A stretch of 63,886 bases of DNA, the filler included, from Octopus bimaculoides (taxonomy: Eukaryota): assembly GCF_001194135.2 (NCBI RefSeq). It is 7 parts of 6 records of this genome, joined end to end, with 100 filler letters (N's around TTAATTAATTAA, not from the genome) between each part and the next. Parts side by side here need not be neighbours in the genome. Positions count along the whole stretch, not along the records: positions 62,834 to 63,886 come from NW_026427130.1; 6 more parts are not named here. One strand, given 5' to 3'. This document shows positions 63,663-63,886 of the stretch, one piece after another. Positions within the stretch are counted from its first letter, which is position 1. Each line of letters begins with the position of its first letter. The notes below the pieces were generated by a model. That model ran no database searches, was not told the DNA's origin, and was given only the letters and a program-made list of their open reading frames with translations. The translations under genes and the position numbers were made by a program.

Positions 63663-63745
63663 ATGGGCATATGGCTAAGTAGTGGTTAAGAGCGTGGGCT
63701 ACTAACCCCAAGATTCCGAGTTCGATTCAAAGCAGTGAACTGAAC
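63663..63745 (+). mobile_element. Short tRNA-like SINE head followed by (AAC)(AAT)n
   Basis: tagtggttaagagc...gagttcgattc boxes; no complete cloverleaf. Confidence 0.55.
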
Positions 63746-63757
63746 AACAACAACAAT

Positions 63758-63822
<65 letters not shown>

Positions 63823-63825
<3 letters not shown>

Positions 63826-63886
63826 CTTCCCAGAGTTCAGGGAGGTCGAGGCTTGATCCAGCTTGAACTTACGTACAAAACCACCA
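63823..63886 (+). mobile_element. 5'-truncated R4/Dong-like LINE starting right after (AAT)n; runs off the window
   Basis: YLPRVQGGRGLIQLELTYKTT matches the LYLPR..GGRGL motif downstream of RT in R4-clade LINEs. Confidence 0.75.

Overview
AT-rich, microsatellite-dense, gap-ridden eukaryotic genomic DNA. The repeat families (tRNA-headed SINEs with internal TA/TG tracts, RTE LINEs) suggest an octopod cephalopod; this is inference. Almost all long ORFs in the track are microsatellite or N-gap artefacts. The window is mostly transposon debris: tRNA-derived SINEs of at least 3 families, RTE, CR1-like and R4/Dong-like LINE fragments, mariner DD34D and DD41D, hAT, Merlin and Helitron-like remnants, and Penelope-like elements (PLEs). 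The best host-gene evidence is one + strand exon (33893-34016) with strong splice sites encoding a transmembrane helix; partner exons are only candidates. The highlight is a near full-length YRDD-type PLE (28014-30880) with inverted terminal pseudo-LTRs. Its 3' copy folds into a complete type I hammerhead ribozyme (HHR) with an unusually long stem II, while the inverted 5' copy is cut exactly at the catalytic core. Three more hammerhead-like motifs from two other families are present, and two HHRs lie sense-strand just upstream of the exon. R4/Dong-like LINEs are chained at (AAT)n microsatellites. All alignments, folds and translations were done by eye; no database searches were run.
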